From Glycera tridactyla (lineage: Eukaryota), in the NCBI GenBank assembly GCA_965644265.1, contig OZ286459.1, forward strand, positions 83,328,304 to 83,392,000: a stretch of 63,697 nucleotides of DNA. Reading direction: 5' to 3'. The notes below the pieces were generated by a model. That model was not told the DNA's origin and did no database searches. It worked only from the letters and a program-made list of their open reading frames with translations. The first letter of the stretch is position 1; every line of letters begins with the position of its first letter. Shown here piece by piece: positions 10,786-25,165 of this stretch. The position numbers were made by a program, and so were the translations under genes.

Positions 10786-13489
10786 TATACATTCTCTTTC
10801 TTCTCCCGCTCACCATAAAGTGCCATGAATATGTGCAATACATCATCTACACAGGCTACCCTATGATACAATTATGATAGATATATGTGTTGGTCTGCAT
10901 AATGCGTACATAAAGCATGCATGTCGTGGCTCATACGATATTTTTATATCAATACGGGTGTGTGAATATCACCTATTATGTGAATATAATGGCAGAACTT
11001 GTGTAGGGTCTTTCATTTAAGTGGTGCATGTTTGACGAAATTTGTGTGGATCATTACCAATGTAGACCGGTGAATGACCGAAGCATTTCTGGCATACGGT
11101 CGATTCAGTGGAGATGTCTCCAGTGGCAATTCATCATTCTGTTGCCATTCGTAGACAACATATGTAAAACAATAGGCTGACAGCTGGTGAGTATAGAGTA
11201 GCTACAAATATCGGAGTTTTTCTCCCAAAGTAGCATTCTCCTTATTTCGAGACGAGCGCCGATGTTTGTAGAGTGTTAGCCTCTTGTTATTCTATCTTGT
11301 GTAGTGTGTTGTCACAAAATACTCACGAAAGGCTGCGTTCAGAATAGAGGACGTTCTCAAGAGATCCGCTAAATCTTTTTATCATCGTACCTTCCATTCG
11401 TTATATGTGATCCACTTACATTGGGAAGCTCACCAGGACGCCTACGGGGCGGACTCCAAACAATATTGATATCGATCGGGAAGTTTGTCGACGTTCTTTT
11501 CCGAGGGTTTCGTTTGGGATGGGAGTGATGCACGATCTGAACACGCCCAAGGGCGGCGATCCTACGTACTTACTGGGTTATTGTTCTTACCCATGTCCGA
11601 CAAATCGTAAAATGACCAATTGCTGGGTATCTCTCGCGATATTTTTCATCACTACATCCTTTAGTCTTGTAGCGAAATAGCACTTTCCTTATCCGCCCCC
11701 TCTATCCACATCTCTAACCACCTCTGGTTTTTTTACATTCTCTCCGCAGATCAAGTGTTTGCATGTTATGAAGTCGCAGGCCGAGATCCATTCTCACACG
11801 ATACCATAATGAGAGCTTCCAATGAGTAAAAATACTGGAGTAACAGAAAATTACTAGTTGTCCTCGTTAAACAACGGTAGTTTATTTTCCTGAGTTATTG
11901 TAATATATTCATTGTCCATGACAAGAATAGAGAGTTACCATCAATATAACCACCATAAATTATGGAATGATGCTCTTTTTACTAACCATAATGATGTTAC
12001 CACTAACCTCATCCAATACAAACAATGTGCTGCAGATTGACACATTTTGTGTCCAGCTGTTACCATCTTTCTCAAATGGATAATATTCAAATATCAAAAC
12101 AACTGATGATTTGTCCTGACGATCTGGGTTGCTTTCCACATTATCATCACACTCATATAATTGGAGCCTGACGAAAATGTTACCTCAATCAGTCACATAG
12201 TTAGATATGTCCTCGAAAGCTTTATTCAGATTCATGGGAGGTATCTCATAGGTGGGCCTGGACTATCCATACGTTATGCATACCTCGTGGGATTGATACA
12301 TGCTGTCCTACCAACCAGCCAACCAACCAACCAACCAAGGACCCAGAAAAATGGGTTTCGAGTGATCTCTTTTTGGTAAATTATGGTACTCTTGGGGCTG
12401 ACATGATGGTGCGTCACCAACCGAAATCACTTTACCTGGACACAAATTGGCAGAAATGATATCATCAGGGGGAAATGAGAGTCTTCAGCGTTGCGCAGTC
12501 TGGTAAGACAGACATATTGACAGGTTAGAAAGATATGCTCGCAGGGAGGTAGATGATTAGGTAGGTAGAGTAGTGAGTTAGTTAGGTAATTGAGAGAATG
12601 TGTAGGAAGGTATGTTGATAGGTAGGTAGTTACAGGTATAGGTAGGTCTGAATGTGGATTGTTAGGTCAGTAGGCAGGTAGGTAGGTGGATTGGCAGGTA
12701 GGTGACAGCAGGTAGACAGGTAAATAATCAGCTGTGTACATAGGAGGACACGTGGATTTGTAATTAGTAGGCAGAAAGATATGTAGGTATGTGGACAGAT
12801 TGCTAGAAGCTATGTGAGTGTGTATGTCGGTAGATATATAGGTAGGCTGCTACGTAGGCATGGACCTGAGAACGTAGGAAGGAAGGTACGTAGTGGGTGG
12901 AAGCGATGAACATGGGGGCAAGTGGGTAGCAATTGATTCAATCGGCAGATGGTTATGTCTTTGGTCAAATGGGAATAGAGACAGACATGCAGGTAAATGG
13001 GGCTGGACAAGTCTTCAGGCATATATGAAAGTGCGCTTGGTAGCCAATCGGCCACTCCAAGTACTGATATAGCAACCTCCGCAAGAGAGTACAATGATTA
13101 GTAGCTGCAAGATTTGAGGTTAGTAAGGTATGGAGTGAGACCGCCAAGAAGGAGGGTTTCAACATTAATGAGGCTCATCAATCACATACTAATTGCCATC
13201 TTACAACGTGTGTTTGTTGATGGGCTGTGCCAGCGCCCTAAATCCGTGGAGATGCTGCCGCTACACTTCAAAGAGAGAGCACAAGTTTCGTAATCACTTG
13301 AAAGAAAAATGAGTTTTGAGAGTAGGTGATGTACTAATTGATCGTTCATTCTCCCCTGCCTCGCTTTTCCTCGTACATAGTCTGTCACATTTTATCTCGT
13401 ATGTCTGTCATTTTGGGGGTCTCAATATCACTTGAATGGTGCGCTTGAGGTGTAATGCGAACAACGATCTTTACGCCCTGTCCTCCCGT

Positions 13490-13499
13490 CCGTCTGTCC

Positions 13500-13571
<72 letters not shown>

Positions 13572-13760
13572 GACCAATTGTCTGTGTGTCTGGTCATCCG
13601 TCTGTCTGTCTGTCTGTTTTTCCCTCTGTCTATCTCTCTACCCGCCCATCTGTCCGTATCTCTATCCATTCCTCCTTCAGCATTTCTGTGTGTCTGGCCA
13701 TGTGTCTGTCTGTCTATCTGACTGTCTGTCTGACTATCTGTCTGTCTATCTGTAGCACCC
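13490..13760. repeat. (TCTG)n microsatellite and degenerate extension
   Basis: Directly visible; explains the DRQT/SVCL pseudo-ORFs. Confidence 0.95.
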
Positions 13761-15899
13761 ATGCCGACTGTCAGAAATCCGACAACTGACTATCAAATTG
13801 ACTACTTTAATCAGGATCAAATCTAATAAGCGACCATTCAATGCACAGTACATGAGTCCATCCTCGGATAATAAATCAAATAAGAGTTATTGTGCCTGAA
13901 AGCCAGCAATAGATTCATCTTACTTCAATATATCACAGAAGGGATGACGTGAAGCAGTGGAGAAAAAGGTAAGCGAGTGATCAAGTGAATCCATCATTCA
14001 GTGAATGTCATCTTAGAATGTTATCAACATGGCCGGATCCCAACCATGGCTGGTCTTCATCACGCAAGAAGCTCATCACTGGGGGCAGCTGACATTGCCC
14101 TTTGCGCTAGGCTAGTGGTCATAAGGACAAGTGAATATGCGACATCGTCAGATTGTTTTCACGCCCCGACCCTGTATCCAGTGCACTGAGAAAGTACGAA
14201 TTTGACACTTGGTCATGGCTTCCGATTTGTTTCGCTGGTTCACGTGTGAGTGATCGCTCTCGAAACCCACGATGTGCACGAGGTGAAGTGCCTTTCATCC
14301 TATCAAAATGGACTCCTCATAACCTATCATTTTCAGTGTGTGATCACAATCTCGAGGATATGTCAGACAGATTACAAATATCAATAATGAGAAATGTAGC
14401 AGAATAATTCAAAAAACGCTAAACCGCACCTGTCAGGCAATTATAATTGGCTGTTATCCTGAAAGTCACTTGATAGAAAAATATTTCTAGGTGGCGTATC
14501 CTGGCTCAAAGTCACCCCCCCCATGACCGCAATCATCATAGTCACTCTTGTCATTTGGATCCATGTTATGGGATGAGTGTTTGTCTCGTAGCGATTGTCT
14601 ATTCAAGAATCTCTGAAATTATTATTTATAATTGAACATGTATGATCTTGCTCATGCTTACCATCGTGTCTCAAGTTAGCGGAATGAATTTTCATTGCTT
14701 GATATGCAATGTAGATAAAGCAGGATTGTCATTCTCAACAAAAGTTCTCGCCGATCCCAATCACGTCAAGGTGAATTCCGGGATGGAGTCAGGCAGCCAT
14801 CTTTAGGAATTTCTTGATAGTGAATGATGTATTCTCCAGAGACACAATTTTTCGTTAAAAGTCCATGGTGAATGGATGAAAAGATATAGGACAATTGATG
14901 CAACTGACGCAGAAAATATGTAGACATAGACAAAGATTCTCAGCCGCCAGGTATATCTGAGAGGAGCAGCCCAGATCACGCGATGTTCTCGATTTCAATA
15001 GCAATTGTTATTCCAAGCACAGCCTATTCATGTTCCCGACAGTGTTTCCATATGTACATCGTTTAGGTATGCCGCCAAGTCATATTTACATGTTGCCAAC
15101 ATCAACAAAAGAAACATTTCGCTTCAGATGGCAGCACTTTGCTCGTACAATGGCTGGAATACGCCACGTCATTGCTTCTTTCATAAAGATTTGCATCACT
15201 TATAGTCTATCCAAGTAGGCGGTTTATGGGCTCGATGTGGGTTCATTAAAGGTATTAGGGTTGCTCTTTCTTTTTCATTTTTTTTAATTGGAAGATTCTA
15301 TAGATGATCCTCCGGATTTCACATCTAACACACAAACAGGCATAAACACGAGCACATACATCTATGTAATTCAAAAAAGAATATCATCAAAAGAAAAAGA
15401 AAGAAGCCATATCACGAGGGAAAAGAATCAGACAGAGGGAAGAATTCAGGGGATGCTTCTGCCAAACGCTAGAATGAATATTGGAGGAAACGAGGGTTAA
15501 TGACAAGAGGATTGATCAACACATCTTCGTTCCAAAGGGCAGAAACGGACGCCACATGTGTTTCACAGGTCAACGAGTCGACGAAAAACAGTAATTTCTG
15601 AAAGATGGAGCGCCGTCATTTAAGATGAAGTTTTATCATTTTGACGTTTGGCATCAAAGAGCATGATCTCAGCAAGCTGGAATGTCGGTTTTGCCAGAAA
15701 AGTGAAAATTGACACTTCATTGTCTCTGAGATTCCCCCTTCCAGTTGAGACCCAGGAGAGTTAGAAATTTCGAATGACCAAACTGGTGTTCATTGCGTAA
15801 GCACCACAGTACCGCGTTTCCGTGGGCTAACGTAGCTTCGATACATAACAGATAGAGAATCAGCGAACCAACAAACGGACATCCAACAAACCAACAGAC

Positions 15900-16060
15900 T
15901 GGCGATCAAGCAACAATCCCATCAATCGACCTGACAACCACCCAACTTAACGGCAACAGCAACATCAGACCAACAAACCAACTGACCAACAAACCAATAG
16001 ACTTGCGATCAACAAACAATCCCATCAATCGACCTGACAACCACTCAACTTAACAACAAC
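15900..16060. repeat. 103-bp-period duplication in an AACC-rich tract
   Basis: AACAATCCCATCAATCGACCTGACAACCAC-CAACTTAAC is repeated; CCCATC at 15918 and 16021. Confidence 0.8.
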
Positions 16061-19000
16061 AAATAACTGACCAACTGACCAATGAATCAACCAGTCGGCC
16101 ACCCGTAGTGTACTCAGCCAACTAACACAACAATAAACCAAGCTTCATCCAAGCATACCGGTAGTCAGCATGTCTGAAAGGACAGTGTGGATTCACGTGA
16201 TTCTCATTTCAATACATCTCATGTTTGGGAACAAAATGATAGGGCTTTGGATTATTCCTCATTCCAATCACATGGATGTCTCAATAGAATCCCATTGTTG
16301 CTCATCGGGCATTAAAGAGACAGCCGATATATTATTCAGTATTCAGCATCATGGTATTGAATATTGAATATCAGCTGTATATAGGTTCATTCCTGATGAG
16401 AATAGCCTCTATAGATAGATTCTAAAAACCTGGAGCCTCTCCCAAGATGATGCCTGAGGTCCTGGAATATTGGCGATCCCCTGAGCATCCCTAATTCACT
16501 TTACCCGCGTATGAATTACTACGCAGCTACAGGCTCCACAGTTAATTGTCTAATGTACGCAGCCCTCCTCCTTCTTCAGGTGGATTGTACCGAACCTAAG
16601 CAGATCTCCATATAAGGCGGATGTAGGGGATATCACTCCTCCTACCCCAGTGTTCAGAAGCATAGATTTGTTCGAATTTGGACCGAAAGTCCTTTGTATA
16701 GCCACAGAGTGGGGCTGATTATGAGTGTGCGTTTCCGTCAACATATATCTTAATTTTCGAAATGAATCAATTTTTGTATTGGAAAGATATCTATTTTAAT
16801 TTGAGGCTTGAATTACGAAGGATTTTGACAGTGAAAGTTGGTCTTATATTGAATGAAAGTGCGTTTCACAAAATGGGAATGTGAAACGAAACATGTGAGC
16901 TCTTGAGAAACTACAGAAATTAGGGATATGTCCAATTTGTTGAGCTCCTATCGTATTAAACATGATGCGTTGCATGATGAATTTCGTTTCGAACATAAAG
17001 AAGAATAGGTGACGCTTCTTCTCTATCAGTGGAATTTCGAACCCTTGAGAAGCCTGGTGATGCATTCAAAACATTGAAAGCCCGCGAACATTTAAACCAG
17101 TCGATGCTGCTCAAAGACAAAGATAGTTAGCCATGTTATCTCTGGTGTGGGACGCCTCTCTACCCTGGATTTCACCCATATCCATTGTATGGGAGTCCCA
17201 ATATATCCCAGCTGATGCTGATGGGATGGGAACGAAACAACCGAACCGATTGGTCAATCAACTAACCAGCCCACCAACCAACAAATCGACCACTCAACCA
17301 TAATCTTTTCTACTCAAATCCCATCAAATCCAACACCCTTCAAATATATAAAGAGTGGCATAATTGCAAGAATATTCTTCCTGTGTACTTTCTACAAGGT
17401 AATGGCACTCGAGTGGTTGGAGCAGGAGCGATATCGCAAGAGAGCAAACCCCTCTCCCGCCCTCCCTCACATGTAATATCGTCTTGGCAGCCACTCTAGT
17501 TGGATGTTCTTACTCATATACTCAATTCAGGAGAGGTGAATGCGCCCAATACATGAACGCTCTCCAATAAAACATAACAATCGCTAGTGATGTTATGATG
17601 AGAACTAGGCTGTGTGATCAGGAATGGGACATGGACTCAGCTACAAGCCAAGAATCGGTTATGTTTCATCGGCCAAATGCTGGCGATTCAAAAAGGTAAA
17701 CACGAACCCGTTTGGAACACTTGTGATGAAACCTTACCTAGTGCAAAGAAGGCAGTGCTAGTGACAGGAGAGCTGCAAAAAGATACTTGCCACAGTCATA
17801 TAATTATCCCTGCTTGATGCAGTTGATGCAATCTCATGCTTCAATAAAACATAACAATTGACAGTGATGTCCTGATGAGAACTAGGCTGTGTATTCTACA
17901 AGGTTCTACAACACCGATATGCAATTGCTAAAATGATGACCACCGCGTGGCTAACCCAGACATCTTATATACCATGCAGAGGGAAGCCTGTGAGCCTCCC
18001 ATATATATCCACTCACTGACTCAACGTCGACGCTCACTTGGCCCATATACAAGCTGGTATTGTCTTAACTGACATATAATGATGATAAATAAGGACCAGG
18101 TTGTACTTATGTGAGAACAGCACTGGTCTGTAATGGCGAGCTCAACTTTTGATATCATCCTGTACAACTTACACATTGTTCTGTGTCAGAGTTTGACTGG
18201 ACGATGGTATCGAGAATTATCTGTCATTGTAAGTTGAATTATTCCTTTATTTTGTTTCCACTATGATAATAGTGACAAGAATAGTGTGCTGGTAGGTCAT
18301 AGGTTACTGGGATCGCTGTTATACATGGCGGTGTTCAATCGAATCATAAAGCCTGGATTATCCTGATGAATGCAGCCTGTTGCAGTAATATCCATCCTAG
18401 TGTGAATGAGGATGAGGTATAAGCTGCATGCGCATCATAAAAAGGGATTCTTCTCCCCGCGCCTCTCACCATAAAAAGGTAAGATGTTGAACCTATTATG
18501 ACAGCGCCCAGGCTCGTTTATGGGCAATCCACATCACCTAAATCAGCATAGAGACCATCCCTCATTTCCGACCGGCATACTGAACTAATCTTTTAACCTT
18601 TCCCTACACATATCCGCCATCTCGCCTTTCAATGGCGCCATCATGGTGAATTGCATCAGTATCTATTACCTGATGCGCCTCGGTGCTGTTCTCACGTTGA
18701 AATTATATGTTTTGTCTATATCACATGAAAAATGACTTGCGTGCGTGTATTCCATTAATTTCTTTGAGAGCATCTCCGACTCTTTTGGATGCCATCGTAC
18801 AAGCACATATTTACGCTATACTGGGTATCAAGCCCCCTGAAGTGAATAAACCCTGCTAAAGACATACCAAATTCTGTTGAGGGCCACATTCGGTCACATT
18901 TAACTGGGGATACTGGAAGGGCGGGTTTATGAACTTCTTTTCGGGTCATCCTTTCGTGTGCATTATGCGGGCAGGTACAGATATGATATTTTGTAAAGGT

Positions 19001-20139
19001 ACAACTCTACATTTGATCAGTGTTTTGGAAAATGCACCATTTGTAACATTCTATAACCAATCTTGGCGATGGGTTCACTGGCTTCACCATTGTGTAGAGC
19101 TCACTCTGATTTATACTACTGGAAATCCCATCTATCAGTAGACGCAAATCTGTCGTGATTAAACCACGATTTATCAGGACTAATAAGGTAGGATAGATAT
19201 CCCCCGAGCCGGTTGGTGGATTGGATTGAATTAGAGGGTTTATACGTGTGATCATCAAGTAATGTAGCATCTCTGATGATAGAGTTGATGGGAATTGATT
19301 AGAGGTCTAGTTGAGCATTAAGCCAGATTTGTGATATGAGATTTTTCGCTCATTCGTCTTGATTTGATCGTAAGCCCCCAGGCAAACAAGGGCAGACACG
19401 CGGTCGTGGAGTGTTTGCTACGCTCACTTCACAGATCAACTCGGCATTGAACATGCTCACCTGCTTTTATAAATTTCCGAAAATCAAAACATTGCTGTCA
19501 GATTTGAGCGTCAGCTCCCGGCAAGTTGGATATATCATCGCTATTTTCATCGGTTTTATGTGAGATATGTAGGGGTGTGTCTGAACAACCATCTCATTCT
19601 ATATCTTCGCGGTTCTTCATCATTGAGTTCTCAGGTATCCTACAGTGATGCCTTCAAAAGGCAGAGAATGTCACCCATTACCATAGACAAACAGCACTGC
19701 ATGTCGAATATAAAAGGAACATCAAGATATCCCTCAGAGGCAAATTATGACAAATTATGATATTGGGAGGTTTTGTGAGCCGGTAGAGGATATCAGACTG
19801 CAAATGATTACATTCACAATTTTGACTGTGGGACATACAGATACCCTTTGGTAGACTGTCTTCCTCGGTGACCAATAGAAACAGGCCGCGCATACTGTCG
19901 CATACCGTAGACTTCACCTGACAAGATATGATTTAAAGGCTGTGAGGGCATGATGATCGATCATGTTTCATCGAGGATTAATCTTCGTGCCGTCAACATT
20001 GGTCAAGATCAGCCCACTTTCCAGTTTTCACCTATCAGACACCTGTCTGTGTGATCGCCGATGAATTATCAGAGGAAATCAATCAATCAACCAATCAATC
20101 AACCATTCCAAAACCCGGATAGTCATTCAACTGACTGAA

Positions 20140-20217
20140 TAAGTCACTGACCAACTGAATAAGTCACTGACCAACTGAATAAATCACTGACCAACTGAAT
20201 GAGTCGCTGACCAACTC
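20140..20217. repeat. 20-bp tandem repeat x4 (CACTGACCAACTGAATAAGT)
   Basis: Directly visible units. Confidence 0.85.
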
Positions 20218-20899
20218 GAAGCAAAAACATTAAATGAATTGATTTGAATCCTTTTACACCAATCAATGATTTCAGATCCATATTGAGCTCCCATTGAGCC
20301 CTGAAAGTTTAATGAAATTTTGATGAGACTCTCAAGGGCATATCCATGGGCGATATGAGATATGTAGTGTGGTGCAAAGTATCCGTTTCTGTATAAAATA
20401 AGCAAGTAATCGACCATGGGAGCTTCACATCTAGGCCCATGAAACCGAGATAGCAATGGTCAACAACCAGATAACTTGTGGTTAATTAACACTTAGAAGA
20501 GGCGCAGGTTGTTTACACCTTGGGCGCTACATTTAATTTGCGCTAAGCAGCTAATATACATCAGGCGAAGTACGCCATCTACCGATTCGGATACTGTTTG
20601 ATCACCGAGGGAGTCGCGTGAGGGCGTCTCATCGAAATCAAAACCAAAATGCCGGATATCACCGAATATACCAAAATCGCCAAACACAACATATAATCCC
20701 GAAAATTCAACAAAAACACACATATATGGTAGCGTATTTCGATTCTCGTGAAATTCGGTAGCACGGACAGTGTTCGGTTCATGAATCTTTGGATTCGTTT
20801 TCTGCGGTTCTCTCGTTCAATTTAGGATTTTGGTGTCATCGTTGGCTAGATGATTAGAGGTGGTTTCCGTTGAGCTGTTGGGAGGGTTATGATCTCCTT

Positions 20900-21100
20900 C
20901 TAATGATGATGGAGTATTTACTCTGCAACTGCCTGGGAGCATCCCCTCGAAAAAAGTCTTTAGTGCTCAACTTCTGATGGGTAGAATGCGGAGTAGATGC
21001 CGACGGGAACCCTATTTCCTCGAAAAACGTTAGATGTCATTTCCTGACTTGCAGATGAAAGAATGAACCTTGCGGTCATCGAAGCACCTCTCAGTTAATC
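20900..21100 (-). mobile_element. Decayed Penelope-like RT thumb fragment
   Basis: QEM then, after a frameshift, TFFEEIGFPS (cf. EMxxFFxxRGYPxS). Confidence 0.28.
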
Positions 21101-21479
21101 GATGAATTCAGAAATGACACCTTGAGTGTCAGTAAATGTCATGAATATTCATCCATGGTTGCTGACCGGATGGTCCCACCCACGCCTATCACATTGACGT
21201 CTGAATATAGCCTAGATGGTGTTACAGAAACGTATTACAACCATCCACCAAAACAAACAGCATCGATGAATTCTGAGCGAAGGACTAGGATCTTTATATA
21301 CATGTCCTCTGATTACCCGATCCTGAACTTTTCAATCAATTAAGAGCTCGAGCAATTAGAGTATAACATATTTCAGTTCCAAATAGTTCCACCAGGCTAT
21401 TCCACTGTATTATCACAAGATGGCGGTATATTGTGGACTTATGACGACCCATGTGATTCATCATTGAGTGAAATCAGCA

Positions 21480-21960
21480 TACATCTAATGAATTCGAATT
21501 CTTCCATTCTGCCGATGTAATCCACATGGGTGTCAGTTCGGATCAGTTTCAATACAGATGGTATGGGTGTAATGATTGAGAACTTTCTTAGTTTCCCGAG
21601 AAGAATCAGGTACGAAATGATTTTCCAGCAAAATCAAAAGGTGGTCTTCTGGCAGAAATGTACTATACGCTTTCGACCAGCAGCGTGTCATGTTGCAGTC
21701 AAAACAATCGCTAACGTTTTGTAAAGGAAACATGGTCGCCATTATTTTTTGACACCCTTGAGATCAAAAATATTCGATCGGGGATTTGGTGAACGTTTTC
21801 TCTATTGGCTCAACTGGACAGCCTGCTGGTCCCCGATCCGGACTCGCATGAGTCCCACAATAGGGACTGATTGGGAGTGGTGACCAGTCACGGAAGACGT
21901 TTAGCCTTCTGCTATGCTCGTGAAGATTCAGAGGGTACCCGCTCTTAACCCGTTTCAAGA
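21480..21960 (-). mobile_element. Possible decayed L1/Tx1-type APE endonuclease fragment
   Basis: LNLHEHSRRLNVFRDW and CGTHAS (cf. LNVRGL...IFxWL and LQETHS) in the expected order; heavily degenerate. Confidence 0.25.
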
Positions 21961-22659
21961 TTCCATGATTGTGTGAAACTTGGCACGGATCAGAAGGCAA
22001 GGGGCTAGTGGGTTCAAAGGCACTGGGCGCTAGTTGGTTATTGACCAGGCGCACGTGCCGGGGTTGCGCGAAGTGATACCCCAGATTTCTTGTCTTCAAC
22101 CCCAGCCGGATGTTTGAGTGGGTACTGATGAGGTGAGACGCTATCTATGACCAGTTGCCACCACCTCTCTGACTTGCATGACTCCTCGGTCGAGAAATTG
22201 CTCTCCACTGAATATCAGTGCTGCGACAATTACCCGATTATATCGGATATTGCATCGTTGACAGGTCCGATTCGATTAATCGATCATGCAAATTGACGAT
22301 CGATTGAGTTATTGTCACTAAATGTCGATACAAAGTCATAATTTCGCTGCAAATTTAGGGTATTTTGAGGTCAGCCAGGGTAGTCTAAACCCGAATTATT
22401 TGATCGATAATCAATCGCTGCCAAGTTCGATTGATCGATCACCACTTTTGCAACCGAGTCCGAGCACTACTGAACATGTCCTCTGAGACTTTGTTTAATG
22501 AATGAAACGAGTCACGGTGGTAACTCTGGGGGTGCTGCATATGTTCACACTTGACCCAAATCATCATCATCACCAGCAGCAGCAGCAGCAGCAGCACCAC
22601 CACCACCGACCTCACCACCATATCCAACACTAACACCACCACCGAGTATCCTTTTCAGA

Positions 22660-23010
22660 CAGGTCGCACTGGACTCCGTCCCGATGGGAGAATACCCATT
22701 CCAATACTGCGACACTACTATCAGTATGAACACAACAAGGAATCGCTGACCCGTATATGTCAGCAGCAGCCCGACTCTTGTGTAATTAACTGTCACTTGC
22801 AGATGCTCGGATCCCAGGAGCAAAGCCGATTTGTTAGTGATGTCATCAGGAAATACAAGGCAAAACCAGTCTACATTATATAGGACCCGCCATTCTCTAC
22901 AGTGCTTGACAGCAATTAATTCAGCAATTTCTGAAAACATGCCTGCAATATTCATCTTCATCGATGCTATTTTTGATTCATATAGCATAGTTGGTAGCAT
23001 ATATTCCGAC
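22660..23010 (+). mobile_element. Decayed LINE (CR1/L2-like) reverse transcriptase fragment
   Basis: Across frames: GLRPDGRIPIPILR (cf. PGPDGIP) and NQSTLYRTRHSLQCLTAINSAISENMPAIFIFIDAIFDS (cf. QSGFRxxHSTET...VFLDLSKAFDT). Motif order is correct; judged by eye. Confidence 0.45.
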
Positions 23011-23794
23011 AAGATGTGTAAGACGCCAGATTTGGCGCCACTTGGGAGCTACCATTTATGCATATAGATCGTGATCATCACCGTCACCCCTTCCTCAATT
23101 ACCTTGGCCGTCGTTGCCGAAATGGGCACACCAAGCACACCTCCGACACATTCAAATCCTCAACTGCTTCAAGTCGTCATCATTGTCGTCGTCATCGTTA
23201 TTCGTCGTCGTCTCCGTCGTGATCATCATGATTATCCTCATTATACAGGTACATCAACCATCAAGCAACCTACGTACATTCATGCATGTGTCAAGTGCTG
23301 CGCTTTGCAGAAAAAAAACCCCATTGCTATCAGGCTTGGGTGTTAGCTTCCATCCAGCTACATAGTTAGATATGCCATCAAAGGTTTATTATATATGTTC
23401 AGATTAGGTAGAGGTGTGTCGGAACTGTCAGCTACTTCCACTTGACAACCTTCCAGGTTCCCCATCAACTTGTGTTCAGGGTTTGTGAGGGTGATGTCTG
23501 CAGGGGAGAGAACATCTAGCTTTCACCAACCAGGAATACACGGCATACATAACCCACAGGTTGATACATGCCGTTAAACCTCAAACAAAAAAAAACAACG
23601 AAAAAAACGTACAATCATGCACTTGTTTCTTTGTTGCACCCCTATAATCATCGCATCAATGCCAATTCGTGTGATCTCCACATTCGATGCATCCGTACAT
23701 TTGCTCCACCTTTGCACAGATTGAATCTGTACATCTTTGCATCTCCGCCTGTACATTTCTGCACTTGTACATTTGTATATTCAATGTATCTGTA

Positions 23795-24195
23795 CATTTG
23801 TTGCACCTGTACATGCCGCACCTATATGTCTGTTGCACCTGTACATTTGCTGCACCTTCACGTCTGTTCCACCTGTACATCTGTTGCACATATAAGTGTG
23901 TTGCACCTGTACATTGCTGCTCCTATATGTCTGCTGCACCTGTACATTTGCTGCACCTTCACGTCTGTTGCAGCTGTACATCTGTTGCACATATATGTCT
24001 GTTGCACCTGTACATCTGCTGCACCTTCACGTCTGTGGCAGCTGTACATCTGTTGCACCTGTACACCTGTTGCACCTGTACACCTGTTGCACCTATACGC
24101 CTGTTGCACCTGTACATTTGCTGCACCTATACGCCTGTTGCACCTGTATATTTGCTACTCCTATATGTCTGTTGCACCTGTACATTTACTGCACC
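23795..24195. repeat. 17-bp minisatellite (consensus CTGTTGCACCTGTACAT) with 4-unit higher-order pattern
   Basis: About 23 units; variants TTGCTGCACCTTCACGT and CTGTTGCACATATATGT recur in a fixed order. Degenerate units extend left to about 23690. Confidence 0.92.
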
Positions 24196-25054
24196 CATTA
24201 GATGCCCGTACTTTCTACCAAATGATTGTTGGTGGTTTATATTGGAACATTTGCTATACCTCTATATTCATTGCACCCACCCATTCCTTTTACCTGGAAA
24301 TTTGATGCACTTGTAATTTTGTTATTCCCGTTCATTCATTGCACTTGTACATTTGTCGCACCTGCGCTTTCGCTCGCTTGCACAATCTTTCCAGCTGTGC
24401 AGATACTCGCTTCACTTGCAGATGAAACGCATCGTCCATGTGAGTCTCCAGATTTCTCACCTTCAAATCCAGAAATCCAACATTTTCTGAATGTACGCGG
24501 AAAGCTTGTATACACGACCTGCCTGGAGAGATAGCTGGTGTGAGAAACATGGGATCCGCTTAATCCCAAACGTTCGTGAATTCAGGGTGACCCCACCCCT
24601 CCTCCCCAGTCATCAAAGTAATATTCAGAGGTCCTTCGATGACTCCAGTGACCTTTTAAATCGAGCATGAAATGAACACAGAGGCGTTCATTTTCGTGTC
24701 GATTTCTATTCGATAGGGATCAAAGACGCCGCATGGGATCGCTCACTTATTTGAAGAGCCATCGTTTATGTTTTCACTGGCGTGCATTTTCCTCGTTATA
24801 CCATCATCATGTTCCTTTCCTAAAGACAAGCTGCCATCTGCGTCCCATCATCTCTGCCTGGAACCGGTGCTACTACAAAATAGAGTGACTTCAGATGGAT
24901 GACTCAAACCCTTCGTCGGCAATGACATTTTTATATAGATTCTCATTCCCTTGAGGACCCCGCAAGAGGGGTTATGAATCGGTCCATGAGTGTCCATTGC
25001 ATGGGTGTCTGAATGTTCTCAATTTGGTGCTCAGGGGACATCGAACAATAATCC

Positions 25055-25165
25055 AACTGACCATTTAACCAACCAACCAACCAACCAACCAACTAACCAA
25101 CCAACCAATCAGCAACCAACCAACCAACCAACCAACCAACCAATCAACCAACCAACCAACCACAT
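25055..25165. repeat. (AACC)n microsatellite
   Basis: Directly visible. Confidence 0.95.

Noticed and set aside
16392-16430. Other CTGATGA motifs (16393, 17872, 18363) as hammerheads
   Set aside because: Each has a possible stem II but lacks the GAAA core and a proper stem III/NUH arrangement.
22545-23012. 155-aa minus-strand ORF as a host gene
   Set aside because: No recognisable domain; it is antisense to a LINE RT remnant and ends in a trinucleotide repeat.
23795-24195. CRISPR-like array
   Set aside because: Units are contiguous with no unique spacers, there are no cas genes, and the context is eukaryotic.
23568-24316. Overlapping Cys/His-rich ORFs of 209-245 aa
   Set aside because: These are translations of the stop-poor 17-bp minisatellite in several frames and both strands.
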